Shown here: positions 36,101 to 49,210 of the stretch, piece by piece | Numbering within the stretch: position 1 is the first letter of the stretch | Layout of the letters: each line of letters opens with the position of its first letter | DNA from: Zygnema circumcarinatum SAG 698-1b | Lineage: Eukaryota; Plantae; Zygnematophyceae | NCBI GenBank assembly: GCA_037447605.1 | Contig: CM074808.1 | Coordinates: forward strand, 1,550,001 to 1,614,000 | DNA: 64,000 nt | Reading direction: 5' to 3' | Made by a program: the position numbers and the translations under genes | The notes under the pieces: generated by a model | The model's input: the letters and a program-made list of their open reading frames with translations, nothing else | Told to the model about the DNA's origin: nothing | The model's database searches: none

Positions 36101-38485
36101 ATCACATGTGCATCGTTCAGTCATTCCCCACAGATAAGATCAAGCTACATGGCTCATTTTTCCCGTTTTCATTTCACACTGACAACAGGATTCTGTCACT
36201 GTGAATTCCACACAGCGTCAAATGGCATGCTATATCAGCACGTGCAAGTTTCTCCAGCATGCACCAGTCATGCATCCATCGTAACACAACTGAAACGATA
36301 CGCGAGTATGCATGAAGTATTATTTCTCATGGTTTTATAGCCAATTTCTGTGTCAATTTAGGAGGCCAAAAAGTCTGTACCGAAGATCGGATGCTCCTCG
36401 AATGACATGGTAATTGGTGACCACGTGGCCACTGGTATCCCAAATGAACCCTGAGCCAGAGCCTTGGGGCACAGCCATGACGTCAAGTGTGAACACATCC
36501 CTCCTGCAAGGAAACAGCAGGAATGAACACTTCTGCAAAGCAATTTGCTACTAATTCATTGATATTATACATTCGTCGATACGTAAGAAGCATCTTCTAA
36601 AAATGCGATCATCAATGATGAACTCCTTGAGCTACATCCATTTCGCAAACTTTGGAACTACGTGTGTGCACATGCACAAAGCCTGCCTGCCTGCCTGTGC
36701 TTTCAAAGTGACATCTTCAACAGTACACCGACTAACTAACTTAAAATAGAGAAACAAAATGTCAGTATTTTCTTTCTCTTCAAAAGCCTCAAATTTGGCA
36801 AAAACAATTGCGCAACAGAAGTCTTAGTTTTAGTATGACTTTATTGGCAGCTTCTGAGGAGTCCCGATCATTAGCTTCTGCAGTTCCTACCCGCAAACGA
36901 ATCTATGCGGACCCGCTCCAATTCAAGCTGGCAACCAGTCTCAAATTTTCATACTGTCAATGCGCAGTTGTACCATAATCTAACACAGTGCTGCAGCTTC
37001 CCTCCAAAGCCACTCCATCTCTGGTGCATCAGCTCCCTTCAGCTGTCAATCTCAGCTGACACGTTCCATTCACTGAATTTACTCACAAATCAGCTAATGA
37101 TCAACCCCCAATGAGTAAAATTATCAAGATAGTATCTGTGTACACGACGAGCCAGGACACCTGTCCTCACCCATTAATTTTTGCTCGTCAAAATTCGATA
37201 CAATGACGATTTTCGAATCAAGCTGAAACACCTCACACGAGGGACAGCGCAAAAACGCACTTTATCACATTCACCGTAAACTTCGCTGGGTTTTCCGCAA
37301 CACCGTCTTACATAGCTTCAGCAATCCTCAAAAAAATATCTAGAAGCATTGCAATCAGCCAAAAACTACAGCTTTCATAAGCTTATCGTGTGTAATTTCC
37401 TCTCTGCCCTTGCAGTGTGGCAGGTCTGACATCTGCAACTACAGTAAAAGATTGTTTCAAAGAATCGAGCAGCTGCAGCCGCTCGAATGGCTGCAGCCGC
37501 AGCAACTTTTTTTATGCAAAAAAGAGACACTCCATACAATGCACATCACTGAATTACGGCTATGGTAATCGCACCTCGTTCAACGCACTCTAATAACTCG
37601 CTATACAGTATAGCTCCCACCGTACAGAAAAACCTACAACGTTCTTTTCAATGCAGTTTGGTTGAAGAATTTTGAAATTCGAACACTACTTATCCACAAT
37701 GAAAGTTCCGAGCCTCTAGCTTTCCCCAGAAATTACTTGGCAAGCATGGTTTACCTGACTGCAAGATTGGTGATGTACACAACTGAAGGAGTACTCTCCT
37801 GAAACAGCTGTACTGTCGCTTCTTCATCAGCTTGCAGCTTACGCGGGGGAGCTGTCACGAATGCCTCTGCGCTAAGAGGCAAACTGCTTGCAAGAAGCAC
37901 TGCAGAAAGAACCAAAGCAACAAATTGACGTCTAAAGTTGTCTCCCGAATAAAGGGCCTGCAGGAATTGGACGAGCCCTCCAAAAGCAGGAGTGCCTAAC
38001 GAGCCCAGCAGCCACTGCAAGAATCCAGAGCTTGACCTTACGTCCTCCACATTTCCAAAGGAATCGCCCCCGTCTTTCTGGACATTCACTTTCTCCTCTG
38101 CTACATACTTCTCATCATCTCCAGAATCTCCTCCTCCTCTCCCCTCGCCCCCTCCGTTTCCAGAACCTCCAGTTGCCCGCGGAGTGCGGTCACTACCATG
38201 GCCTTCAACTTCACCAAAGCAGGAACTACTCCCTGCAGAATCTCCCGTCCAAGATGGGCGGGGGGCAGGCATCCGCAAGCGTCCAGCCGCTAACCTGCTG
38301 CCACGTGGAACGCCTGGAGGCCCGCCCTGCCAGGCAACAGCAGCAGCAGTTGGAACATGTCTTTTCTGAGCAAGCGCTTCTCCAGCAGCAGCGCATACCT
38401 CAACTGCCACAGAGCCACCTATATATCCAAGCTCATGGCCTGCTCTAGTGCCTAACAAAGCGCTAGAAAGTCTAAGCACGGGCAT
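33128..38485 (-). CDS. DEG1: Thylakoid-lumen DegP/HtrA serine protease (trypsin domain + PDZ), DEG1 orthologue
   Basis: Eight GT-AG exons: 38485-37755, 36503-36381, 36034-35863, 35116-35079, 34916-34718, 33972-33820, 33479-33345, 33196-33128 (TAG). Catalytic H (TNYHV), D (DKDVAVL) and S ([13 protein letters not shown]) are intact. Bipartite transit peptide ends [24 protein letters not shown]. Confidence 0.95.
33694..33788. repeat. (CCCT)n microsatellite in DEG1 intron
   Basis: Near-pure CCCT run. Confidence 0.95.
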
Positions 38486-38622
38486 GGCGGCAATTGCCGG
38501 AAGCCGCCGCCACTCCCGCAGCTGCTCTCTCCTCCTTTAGGCTCCGCTTCGCTCTCTCCTCCCCGTCCTCTGCCTCCGCCTCCGCCTCCGTCCTCTGCCT
38601 GGAAGCCTGGCCGGGGGGGGCC

Positions 38623-38632
38623 GCCACGTGGC
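38623..38632. promoter_or_regulatory. G-box GCCACGTGGC ~140 bp upstream of the DEG1 ATG
   Basis: Perfect palindromic decamer in a GC-rich upstream tract. Confidence 0.4.
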
Positions 38633-40754
38633 GGGGCGTGGCGTGCCGTGCCGTGCAAGGCGACCGACCGCCGGGCGGGCGGACCTGCGCCGAACCTTCC
38701 GCGGCGCCGCTTCATGCGGCCGTTACACTGCTTCACGCGCGCCGCATGGATCGCGCGTGCGGTGGTTGGCAGGCCGCCTTGTGCCCTCCGCCGCTCGAAG
38801 GGGCGGGCCGGCTGCTAGGGGACCGGCGGCCTGGAGCCGCCACGAGGTGGAGGAAACGGGAGGCGAGGCCTCTTCGCCTCGCCTTGACCAAAATGAGTAA
38901 CCCTTTCTCATAGACAAGTAGTAAAGAATAGGATAACACAGTGAAAACTCTGAACCTTCACTAATCACAGACGGGCCAAAAGTAATCACAAGCATGATAT
39001 GAAAGTGCGTCGGAAGATTTGCAACATAGTCTTTTTAGTATAAATTTTTCAAGTTATAAGATTTGTAGAGAATTTTGCATCAGCTCTCACACATCTTTAG
39101 TTTTTTCGTGATTCATTCTACAACCATGTCCCTTCAGGTGTAAGCCACCTGATGTATATGATGTATATAAGGGGACACAAAAAGCAATCAAAAACGGAAT
39201 GTCTTAATCTTTTAGATTACAATCAAGCCCTCGAATAGCAAAAGTAGTTCCACTTCGGGAATAGGACAACGGGGTGGGAGGGGGTTCAAGTTTCAATCTG
39301 CAAGTACATCTAGAGATGGAATGCTGGCAACCAGTTTTCCAAAGCATAGGCTTGTAATCTTGAAAAAGGTAATCCTTAAGTGAACAAATTGAAGAAACAA
39401 TTTGTTAGTAATTGAGTATATTACTGTTGTATCGACAGCGTTCTCCTTGAGAACACTCGATAAAATATCAAATATCGATAGCTTTAACTAAGTCGTACCT
39501 TCTTTATATTATTATTAGGGGATATGATGCACGATGCAAAAACTCTATAAAATTTTCCCTTCAAGTCTACTACAAATGGCCAAAATACCTTGAGCGTACC
39601 TGCGTTTGTTCATTAGGTGACCTGTAACACGAAAAAGGAGGCAATTCTCAAGACACTTTACTATGTATTGAAGCGAATGCATTTCCACCGTTGTTGCTCC
39701 AATAAGGGACACTCTACCTTTAAAGTTCTAAGTGTACTAGAAGAAACGAGAAGTTCTTTAGTAGTGATTGGTTGCTTTCGCTCAGTTGAATTGGGGGCGG
39801 CTCCTTATGTGTGCTTGGAAAGTACGCAAGTGATGCTTTGCTTGAATCAATTGCCTCCATAAATATATCTAAAAGGGTCTTGATTTCATCATTGTGCACT
39901 TGTAAGCTCAAATAATGAGACAATTTACAGTTTTCCTTTTACCACGTAACAATACTTCTTTGCATCAAATCTGATCAAACGAAACTGTCTATGGGATTTT
40001 AAATGGATAATACATTATGTGTACATATATACCTCGATGAGACAAACGCGAACATAGAATTGCGCTTTGGCCTTTAGTCTCTCCACCCGTTGGAAGAGGC
40101 TATACATGACTTGTGGAATGACACCCTCGTCCAAGATCAAACAAAACTGCCTATGGGATTTTAAATAGATAGTACATTATATATACATATATACTTTGAT
40201 GAGACAAACGCGAATATGAAATTGTGCTTTGGCTTTTAGTCTCTCCACCTGTTAGAAGAGGCTATGCATGACTTGTGGAATGACACCCTCGTTCAAGCCT
40301 CCATTCACCAAATATCCCATGGTATAAGATTTCCCTGATTCCTTGGTAGTTTTTTTGTGATATTTGTTAGCCGCTCAGCTCCATTTAATACACGAAGGAG
40401 GATTCACGTTTGCTTGTAGGCAACTTGCTAAAATCTAAAGAACAGATTAGCCAACATCCTATCGAAGAACGAACACAAATTTCTTGAGTTGCGAATTGGT
40501 ATTAGACCTGAGCTATGCCCTCATTAATTACATGTCTATAAGCAAAAATAGTCGCATTGTAGTCTTAGAAGAGGCCATCCACGAGAGGCTCCATACATTC
40601 ATCAAACTGGCGAGACATGGGGACCACCCCACTGCCATAGACATGGTCAAAGGTGAAAGCCGCTCGCAGAGATATTCCTCACCACCATAAACATGGTCGA
40701 AGGTGAAGGCCGCTTACAAAGGTATTACTTACACAAACGTACTAAGGGTTTTGA

Positions 40755-41305
40755 GGCTCTGATATCAATGTAACAAACCACCTGCTTCCAACAGGGTTCG
40801 AACACAAGACCTTTTAGTACCCATTGTAGAACTGGAGCCTCTGTCTCTCTCACTTTCATTCATCTCATCCTTTAGAACTTTACCTTTCTTAGACATGTTC
40901 AGCAATCACAAACATTCAATGCACAAAACACTTATCCCCAAAAGCTTTATTTCCAAAGATGAACGAGAGCTCAAGCATCCTATGCTTCCCTCAAAGCTCA
41001 GGTTGAGAAAGACACACAAAACTGAAGTCTTCTATCTGTCCTTCTTAAATCCTTGCCGCCAAAATGCATAACATGATGAACAACACAAACCATACGATCA
41101 AAGGTCTTGGGATTCACACTACTTTCTAAGCACTCAACACGTGTTACTCAGCTCGTACAATTCTGTACACTATATCTGTACAAAAGTTCCGTACGACTCT
41201 ATGTACAATTGTACGGATCTCAACACCCACCTCAACGTTTTACCTTTAAAAGATAACCACAGTTGTAAATACTAGGTCATACACTATATATAGCGTTTTG
41301 CTATA
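40755..41305 (-). mobile_element. LTR of the tRNA-like TRIM LTR family with tRNA-iMet-type PBS, split by a solo LTR
   Basis: Minus strand reads TATAGC...GTGTATGACCTAGTATTTACA...CTTTTAAAGGTAAAACG (41305-41226), resumes ...GGTCTTGTGTTCGAACCCTG...GTTTGTTACA (40824-40769), then TTGATATCAGAGCC (one mismatch to the iMet PBS TGGTATCAGAGCC). Confidence 0.8.
40825..41225. mobile_element. Solo LTR (401 bp), possibly copia-type
   Basis: TG...CA ends (TGTAGA...TCAACA) and near-perfect 5-bp TSD CCCAT/CCCAC. It interrupts the LTR above. Confidence 0.7.
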
Positions 41306-41314
41306 TCGATTCTC

Positions 41315-41700
41315 ACCGACAACCAATCCTCTATTGCGCTTGTTGAGAACCCAGTGTTTCATGAGAGGAGCAAACATATCACGCTTCAATATCACTACAC
41401 GAAGGATTTAGTGGAGACAGATGAGATCACAGTGTCCTTCGTCAGGACAGAAGACATTATCCTTCGTCAGGACCGAAGACATGGCAGTAGACCTGCTTAT
41501 GAAGGGGGTCAGTGGGCCCATCATATGGAGGAATGGTCTTCTACTAGGGTTGGGCCCATTTAGAGCCTAGGCCCTAAGAGAGGGAATGTTGTACAGCACT
41601 GGAGACTTGTGCAACGGTTTTTGGGACATAGACTCTCTAGGGAGGTTCGATGTGCCTTGCAGATGTTAGAGGCGCGATTGTACGGAAATGAGAGTACCGT
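41315..41700 (+). mobile_element. Ty1/copia RNase H remnant, PPT and start of 3' LTR
   Basis: TDNQSSIALVENPVFHERSKHITLQYHY. Purine tract AGAGGGAA then TGTTG at 41587. Right limit not defined. Confidence 0.75.
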
Positions 41701-43005
41701 ACCATACTATACCGTACGATTCGTATTACCGTACGATTCATACTGTACTACAGTAGGTGTACGAAATGTACGAACAGTACGGATGTACAGGAATTGTGGC
41801 GCCCCATCTCAAGCACATAAGGCGGACTTCCGACGGCTTGAACCCTTAATCGATCTAGCAGCCACCAGAGAGTTTGCTCAGGCGGTTGGATGTAGGCAGT
41901 GAAGCTGTTTATGGGAAACATGCGGATTAGTGCAAGCAGGAACTAGTAGTGTGGCACTGCTATACATGTCTTGTACTTATTCATTGAAAACAAGAGTTTT
42001 GGGCCGGTAGGGCTTTTCTCCAATATGTTAAGCTTGCCTGATGTCTGAGACTCGAGAGTCAGGTGGAGGAGACACGGCTGGAGGGAGTTCCATGGATGGA
42101 TCTCCAGCACAATCAGCCCGACAAAGCGAAAGCGAAAAAGCTCAGTAGAACAAAAGCAAGAAAAGGAAATGGGTAGTGGTTGAAAAACGCCAGCGTTGAC
42201 AAATCAGGACGAATTTCTTGGGTAACGAAAGTACTCGGGTGGAAAATATTAGGGGGGGGGGCACTGTAACGGGTGGTCAATCTCAATGGTCGTACGATCA
42301 TTCCAAAAGTGTGACGTTCTAATTCTGAAATCCAAAACTCTAAAAGTCGCTTTTGCGGGACAACTATACCCCTACCTTCGTCCGTACAGTGTGCGGACAG
42401 TCTCAGCCATTACTGTTTAGTCCTTGCATCTCAATTCGAGAGCACAAACCCGCAAAAATGGTCAAACTAAAATAGGTACAGTAGCAATTGAGAAAGACCC
42501 CAAGACAGCTGTGCACGGGACGCGGAGCCCCACTTCCATAACTTCTAATTCAAAAAGGGTGAAGGTGATTGGAACACCGCATGTCATCTTTAAGAAAGCG
42601 CGCAATGCCATGTTGGAAACCATGTCCATGTCCAACATGGCTTCCGAACAGACACGATAGGTATACAGACTACTAACATTAGGCCAGACGATGTGTGCGC
42701 GGCTGCACACACATATCGCTTACACACATATCAGACAAAAACCGCTTTTCTAAAAAGCACAGCGCCTGCAGCCAATCAGCTCCCACTTCACGAAAAATCT
42801 ACTATTTTGACGAGGAAAGTCTGCCGCACGAGAGGGCCAGAACTACAAAAGGGCGTGCATCGACATTAATCAGAGAATTCTAGAACAACTTATTGTGTGC
42901 TGAAACATCAAACGCTGGGGCCAATTTAACCCCAGAATGGGACAGTTCAACATTGTCAAATATCATCTGTGGCGAACATAACCTCTACCAGCGCCGCCTT
43001 TCGCC

Positions 43006-46000
43006 TCATTGGAGCAGATTTACCTGCTTCTCCTTCGCCGCTGTGCACTTGGCCATGGTCTGAGAGGCGCGGCTGATGGGATCTGTCATATAAAAGTTGT
43101 GGATCTGCAGACTCCCAGCGCCGATCCCTTTGTCAGCCGTGTTTGAAGCGTGATACTCGAGCTCCTTCCAAACCAGCGAGGTTTCATGGCATGCCCGTGG
43201 CAATTCTAGCATACGGAAAACAAATGTCTAACCAGAAGTTCAACTCACCAGTCTCTGGAACGGAGTGTCCTGGAGAAAACCGTACTGCCGGTGGCCAAAA
43301 GTCTCTCCATTGAGCCATGTGGAGTCTTCTACACGGTCAATGCGCACTAGATGGGGTGCCACCTGCAGGACATGCACGATTGGTTGCATTGCATAAGCAC
43401 AATGGTCCAGTTCAACAAAGCAATCATTTTTGGCCTGCGGTGGAAGAAAGAACATTCTTTAGGCGTTTGGGCGTTCTGCCAGAATTAGGCATCAAGAATC
43501 AAGTTGTGTCAATGGTATGGCAAGCGTACTCAGGCAACATAGCCTGTGTTAGCACGCAGCTATCACAGAAAGGCCTCCAGCAGTCAACTCTCGCGCAGAT
43601 GAGTTACAGGTCATGCTCACCTCAGCCAATCGTTGGCGCACCTGGTTCACGGTATCATATGGCAACCTGCAGCAGGGACGACAATCAAAAAACTCAGCGA
43701 ATGTCCTTATATCACTCCATTCATCACCTCACAAAATTACTGTACACAAATCCCACTTGTTTATAGAATGCCTTTAGTACTGCTTCTGCTAGAGTAGTGT
43801 AGTGCATTCCAGACTGCATTGCTCTGGACTGGTACGAACAAGCTTGCGTCTTCACTTATACCCATTCTGCCTACTTTTGCCCTAAGCTCACAAGTTAGCA
43901 GTGGCTACAAACATACCGCGCATTCGCCACCTCAGAAACAGCACGGATGATTTTCCAGTCATCGCGGGACCCTCCCACTGCGGGGACGGCTCTCTGAGTC
44001 ATCTGTACACGGCCCTCAGTGTTCACATATATGGCCTCCTGCAAGTGGCAAGCCCAAACAAGCGGTTCAAATAGAGCCACCCAGTTTGGATTTGTCAGTG
44101 GAACCCTTTCCCATCCTTATCCACACATTGACAAACTTGACATTATGATAATCAAACTTGAGACATAAAGGCTCACATATCCTTTCGGAACGCAACTGTT
44201 ACAAAAAGCAACAAGCAGGCAGAAGCTGACAAATCACCTTCTCAGTGTAGGCCGCTCCTGGCAGTACAATGTTTGCCAAGCTTGCACCTTTGTCACCATG
44301 GTGACCCTGACCAGTTACAGCCATCCAGAGGAAGAACAGCTTGTGAGCTTAAGTAGATAGGAAAGTCATGCAAAAAATACCTATCAAAAAATCAACAATG
44401 AAAAAATCTAGGCCTAATGCAATTCCAGGTTTTCACGAAAGAGCGCACTTCAGTTTTTTAGAGCCGTTACGCAGTCTCCATAAGCAGGAGAGGTAGCCCC
44501 TTAATCATCGGGTGAAAATTACAATCCCCTTTTTTTGCCCTTAAGTGACTAAATGAAATTTTGAGTTTTTTTTTTTTGTGAACGTGCCACCTCTGTCAAC
44601 ATTCATTCGTGCAGAGGAAAATTGATCCAAAGTAGCACTGGTCATGATCTCTGCAACATTAACAAAAGACGCGGAGAAGTAGAGCTTACCTGATAGATGA
44701 CAAAAGCCCCATCCGGAATATCGGCCTCAGTCACTTCATCAGCTCCAAGTAAATACACCAGCTTGGGCAAACTCCTACAGCTCCAATTTCAAAGTTTCAG
44801 TAAATGTGTAAAAACAGCCCTGAGAAAGTTTCTGAAAGTGCACCCACACAAGCAATCACTAAAGGCTCGTAACCTTCACGTCATGTTGAATATCTTAAGA
44901 ATCATCCATGGGCTCTGGATAACCAGCCACTTCGGCTAATGTTAAGTCTTGCGCACCAAACCTATAGCATGAATCGTGTAACCTAATAGCTAGCTGTGTG
45001 AACTATACTTAGCAACATCTTCTCAAAAGGCATGGTAGTTCTAAGCGCTAAAATTTGCCGTTTTCCAACTTTTTTCCAGCATGATAAAACCTTTCATCCT
45101 CGCTCATTCTTCACACTGGCATACCGACAGTTTGTTCGTATGCTACCCCTGAACAGACAACAAGGCTCAAAATGCTGCAGCACACCAAACTTGTGGAGAA
45201 GGGATGCAAAAGCGAGCTCTATCCTTTACACAGCTAGATCTGAATATTAAAAAAAGGATCTTGTCTGGAATGCTTGCAAGTAATACTCAGACTTAAGTGT
45301 GGGCATAAACTCACTTGCGAAGAGCAGCCTTTGGCCCAGGAAGGAAACCGATATCAAGAGCAGCCACTCGTCCTGCTGATTGGTGCAAAATATTGTAGCC
45401 ATTCCACCCATCTTTCACCACTCCACCCTGCAGTCACCTCTCATAAGGCCATAAGTAAAGGAGGAGGAGGAGGAGGAGGTCAATTCACTCCCACTCAGGA
45501 TAGTGTACTTTGGTCTTTCTCACCAAGAAGCTGCCACGACCTAATGACACATCTCCTAGCCTACACAAGGTACCTGGAGCAAGGGCAAATTCAGTGAAAC
45601 ACGATTTATTTCATTGCAACCAGCATCCATCAGGCAGCTGAGTCATGTGACATACTTGTTCACAAATCACGTGCAGAGCGGACAAAAGACTTTCCCTGTC
45701 CGACCGCTGCAGAACACCTGCACCAACGATCAGCATAGGTCGCTGCGCAGTAGCCAGGACTGCCGCAAATGGATGGCGTCCTTCAGCAAGCTGAAGTAGG
45801 GTTGACGCACTGCTTCCCAGCTGCTGATGCTCATAAGTCAGGTCCAGGTTTGGACCTATACTGGCCACTTTCAAGCGTCCATTGATAACACCTTTCCGCA
45901 GTCGAGTGTTGATTAGGGGAGCCTCAGAACGGGGATCAGTTCCAATCAGCAACGCGACATCAGCATCCTCAACTTTCGAGATGCCTGTGTTCAGCAGGTA

Positions 46001-47953
46001 ACCTGTCCTCACATCAGCATCCAACTCCGGCCAATCGCCTTCAAAGGCGAGCCTATCGCAGCCAAGCCTGTTCATAAGGTCCTTCAAAGCAACCAAGGCC
46101 TCTGCATCAGCCAGTTTTCCTCCCACGGCCAACATGTCTTCTCCTGGTGTGTTCTTGAGGGCCTCAGCAACAGCTGCCAGAGCTTCAGGCCAAGAAGCTA
46201 CTTCAAGACGGCCCGTCAAATCTGAGCGGACCATGGGAGCAAAAAGCCTTTGTCGTTTCAGTCCATCATACCAAAAGCGTCCCTTGTCCGTGAGCCACTC
46301 TTCATTCACCTGTTTGCATAAACACCCACAAGTAGGAAGCAACTCCTCAGCAATTTTAGATTCTGATTTTTTCAGAAGTCTAGAGACATGATGACCAATA
46401 TTGACGTTGACTACAGCAACACAAAACTGCTAGGTCAGGCGACTTCGAACTTTGGCACCTGCAACACAGGTTTAAGCACAAGTAGGCGGAGGTGATGAAA
46501 AAGAGAAATCATGTTTTCATATGCACTTAACGACCTCTAGACCTTCGAGTATGAGCACTGGCCCGCTGGTATCTCCCAAAGTATGAATTTGAAGTTTGGC
46601 AACTTAAAAAGAAGGTGTGCATGCGTAAGGAAAGCAACACCGACTCGCCTTCACGTTACAATGTACTAAACCATTCACACGCTTTAATATGCCCCTACTC
46701 TACCTCTATGCATTCCCCGATACGAACCCTAATCTTGACTACAGGATAGCACTATTTCTGCAAGCTGAAGCTTCAAAAATTATGCACTGTCACAAATAGT
46801 ATGTAGAATATTTCAAGTGTAATCAGCACACAAGCACAAAATGAATATGCAACAACATGCCACCTTGAATATCCTGACGTCAAACTGCCACTTATGACTA
46901 GAAGAATGGCAGCGAAGTATCTCATGCAAAACTCCTTCGCGCAGCACGTAGCAAGCCAGCTGGACAAGTCTTCTACTGGCAGGCGATCACACTAACATCT
47001 CCTGAACAGTAGAGCACATAACACTTCCAAAGACAGATGACTCGCACACTTACATCCTCATTCAGCCGCGGAACGATTCGCATCACTTCTGATCCTCTGC
47101 TGTCAACCCTAATGTTGGCACCTACACTGTCGCTTACGTCAATGGATTCCGTGCCCTTTAGCTCCCAGTTACGTGCAGTGAAAGCATATGGCTTCGACGT
47201 GAGGGCGCCAACAGGACAGAGATCAATAACGTTACCGGAGAGTTCACTGACAAGGATACGTTCAATGTATGTTCCAATCTCTGAATCTCTGCCGCGGCCA
47301 GTCATTCCAAGATCCTCTACACCAGCAACTTCCTTGGCGAACCTGACACAGCGGGTGCAGTGAATACACCTCGTCATAACAGTCTTAACAAGAGGACCAA
47401 GGTTCTTATCCTCCACGGAACGTTTGTACTCCACAAAACGCCCACGGTCCGACCCATAAATCATTGCCTGGTCCTGAAGATCACACTCTCCTCCTTGGTC
47501 ACAAATAGGGCAATCCAACGGATGATTCAAGAGCAAAAACTCCATGACTCCCTCCCGAGCCTTCTTCACCATAGGCGTATTTGTTTTTATTTTCATGCCT
47601 GGCATAGCAGGCAAAGCACAAGACGCCTGCGGTTTCGGCGACTTCTCGACCTCCACAAGACACATTCTGCAGTTTCCCGCAATCGAAAGCCGCTGGTGAT
47701 AGCAAAAACGCGGAATTTCTACCCCTGCTGCGTCACAGGCTTGCAGAACAGTGACTCCCTTGGGCACTTGGACAGGGTTACCGTCCACAAAAACTTCCAG
47801 AGAATCAGATGGTGCTGGTGCGCTGGAAAACCTCGCAAGTGCGGCCCCAGCACCAGCCCTAACTGGAAGCAAACCTCCATTTTCCGCCTCCCCACGACTC
47901 CGGCGAAGTGCCCTCGCGGCCTGCCGCGCAGCAGGGAGCAAGTGGCGCCGCAT
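43006..47953 (-). CDS. NDUFS1: NADH:ubiquinone oxidoreductase 75 kDa Fe-S subunit, mitochondrial precursor
   Basis: Nine GT-AG exons: 47953-47054, 46309-45656, 45427-45315, 44774-44690, 44306-44238, 44038-43917, 43666-43621, 43362-43249, 43104-43006. Fe-S motifs [47 protein letters not shown]; C-terminal [12 protein letters not shown]. Arg/Ala-rich presequence. Confidence 0.97.
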
Positions 47954-48246
47954 GGCGGGCAGAAGCTCGCTGCAGGCTATGGCCCTCTCTGTCTATGACG
48001 ATGCTTGCCTGCACCTCCTTCCCAGCCAGACAACCTCGCCTGCTCCCTCATTCCCATGCTATCTCCGGTACGCCGTATTTATTTACAGCTATAGTCCTTC
48101 ACAACACATCAGAATTTAAGTTTTTCGTGGTTGAACCGCCGCGCACTCGCATTGAACTCAGATCAACTCCAGCGGGAACAGATACAGGCTGTGAGTGGAT
48201 CCACCCGCTTTCCCGCGCTTTGTGAGTTCAAGAGGCACTTACAGTA

Positions 48247-48812
48247 CAGTAGGGGGTCCTCATATTTTCCACCCTGGTTCCGGCCAATATGAGGCGAAAA
48301 TATTAATTTTGCATATATAAGGTTCGTGTTACGAACTTACGAATAGACGGGCGGTATTATGTTAGAGTTCATGTTGGACCGTGCGTATCGTATCGTATGA
48401 TATCGTATCATATCGTACTGTCTCGTTTAGTATCGTATCGTATCGTGCCATATCGTGACGCATAGACGTAATTTTCCGCTCTGTTGTTCGTCTCAGCTCG
48501 TACGGCTCGTACGGACAATATCATATCGGGGCGTTTCGTATCGTATCGCCTCGTATAGTATCGTATTGATCGTTTCGTATCGTATCGTATCGAAGCCAGG
48601 AAGATGGGGAGAAGAGCGAGCGCCTCTTACGGCGGCACGAGCGGGGAGATTAGGTCAGTTTTGCGTAAGCCCGTAACGGCTAGTACATATAGTACGGACG
48701 GTACGAACAGTACGGCTAACACAAGTTACCGTACAAAAAGGTGGTTTCGGCAAAATCGGGGCGAAAATATTGACGCACTCCTTAGGGTGGTAAATACGAG
48801 GACCCCCCACTG
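48247..48812. mobile_element. Tc1/mariner(pogo)-type MITE, 566 bp
   Basis: 28-bp TIRs CAGTAGGGGGTCCTCATATTTTCCACCC / reverse complement with 3 mismatches, flanked by TA on both sides. Interior rich in (CGTAT)n and CGTAC repeats. Confidence 0.85.
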
Positions 48813-48894
48813 TAATCGGACTTGGACATACCGTACCGTATTCCACCAACGTGACATGACAGGCGACGCCAATTTTTTACAGAGGGATCATGGG

Positions 48895-49210
48895 AGGTAA
48901 CCATTACAATGGTTGGCAACAAGTGCTATCCAATGGTTGCGACCATTGGCAATGGTTGTTTCGGTCCGCGCCAATGGTTGGAAGCATAGGCAATGGTTGA
49001 TCGGATCGCGGATCAATGGTTCTAACATTGGCAATTGTAAGAAAACCATTGAATCCCATGGTTCCAACCATTGGCAATGGTTTCTCGGGTCGCAAATCAA
49101 CTTTGCAACCATTGCCAATGGTTGGCAACCATTGAATCCAATGGTTCCGATTATTGGCAATGGTTGGCTGGGTCGCAAATCAATGGTTCAAAGGTCGGAC
49201 CATTAGACCA
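48895..49210. repeat. CCAATGG/CCATTGG-motif-dense tract (same family as 7840-9070)
   Basis: Repeated AACCATTG(G/C)CAATGGTT palindromic units. Confidence 0.7.

Noticed and set aside
43006-47953. Bacterial nuoG or mitochondrial nad11 insertion (the first exon is 900 nt with no intron)
   Set aside because: Eight spliceosomal introns and a targeting presequence show an ordinary nuclear gene.
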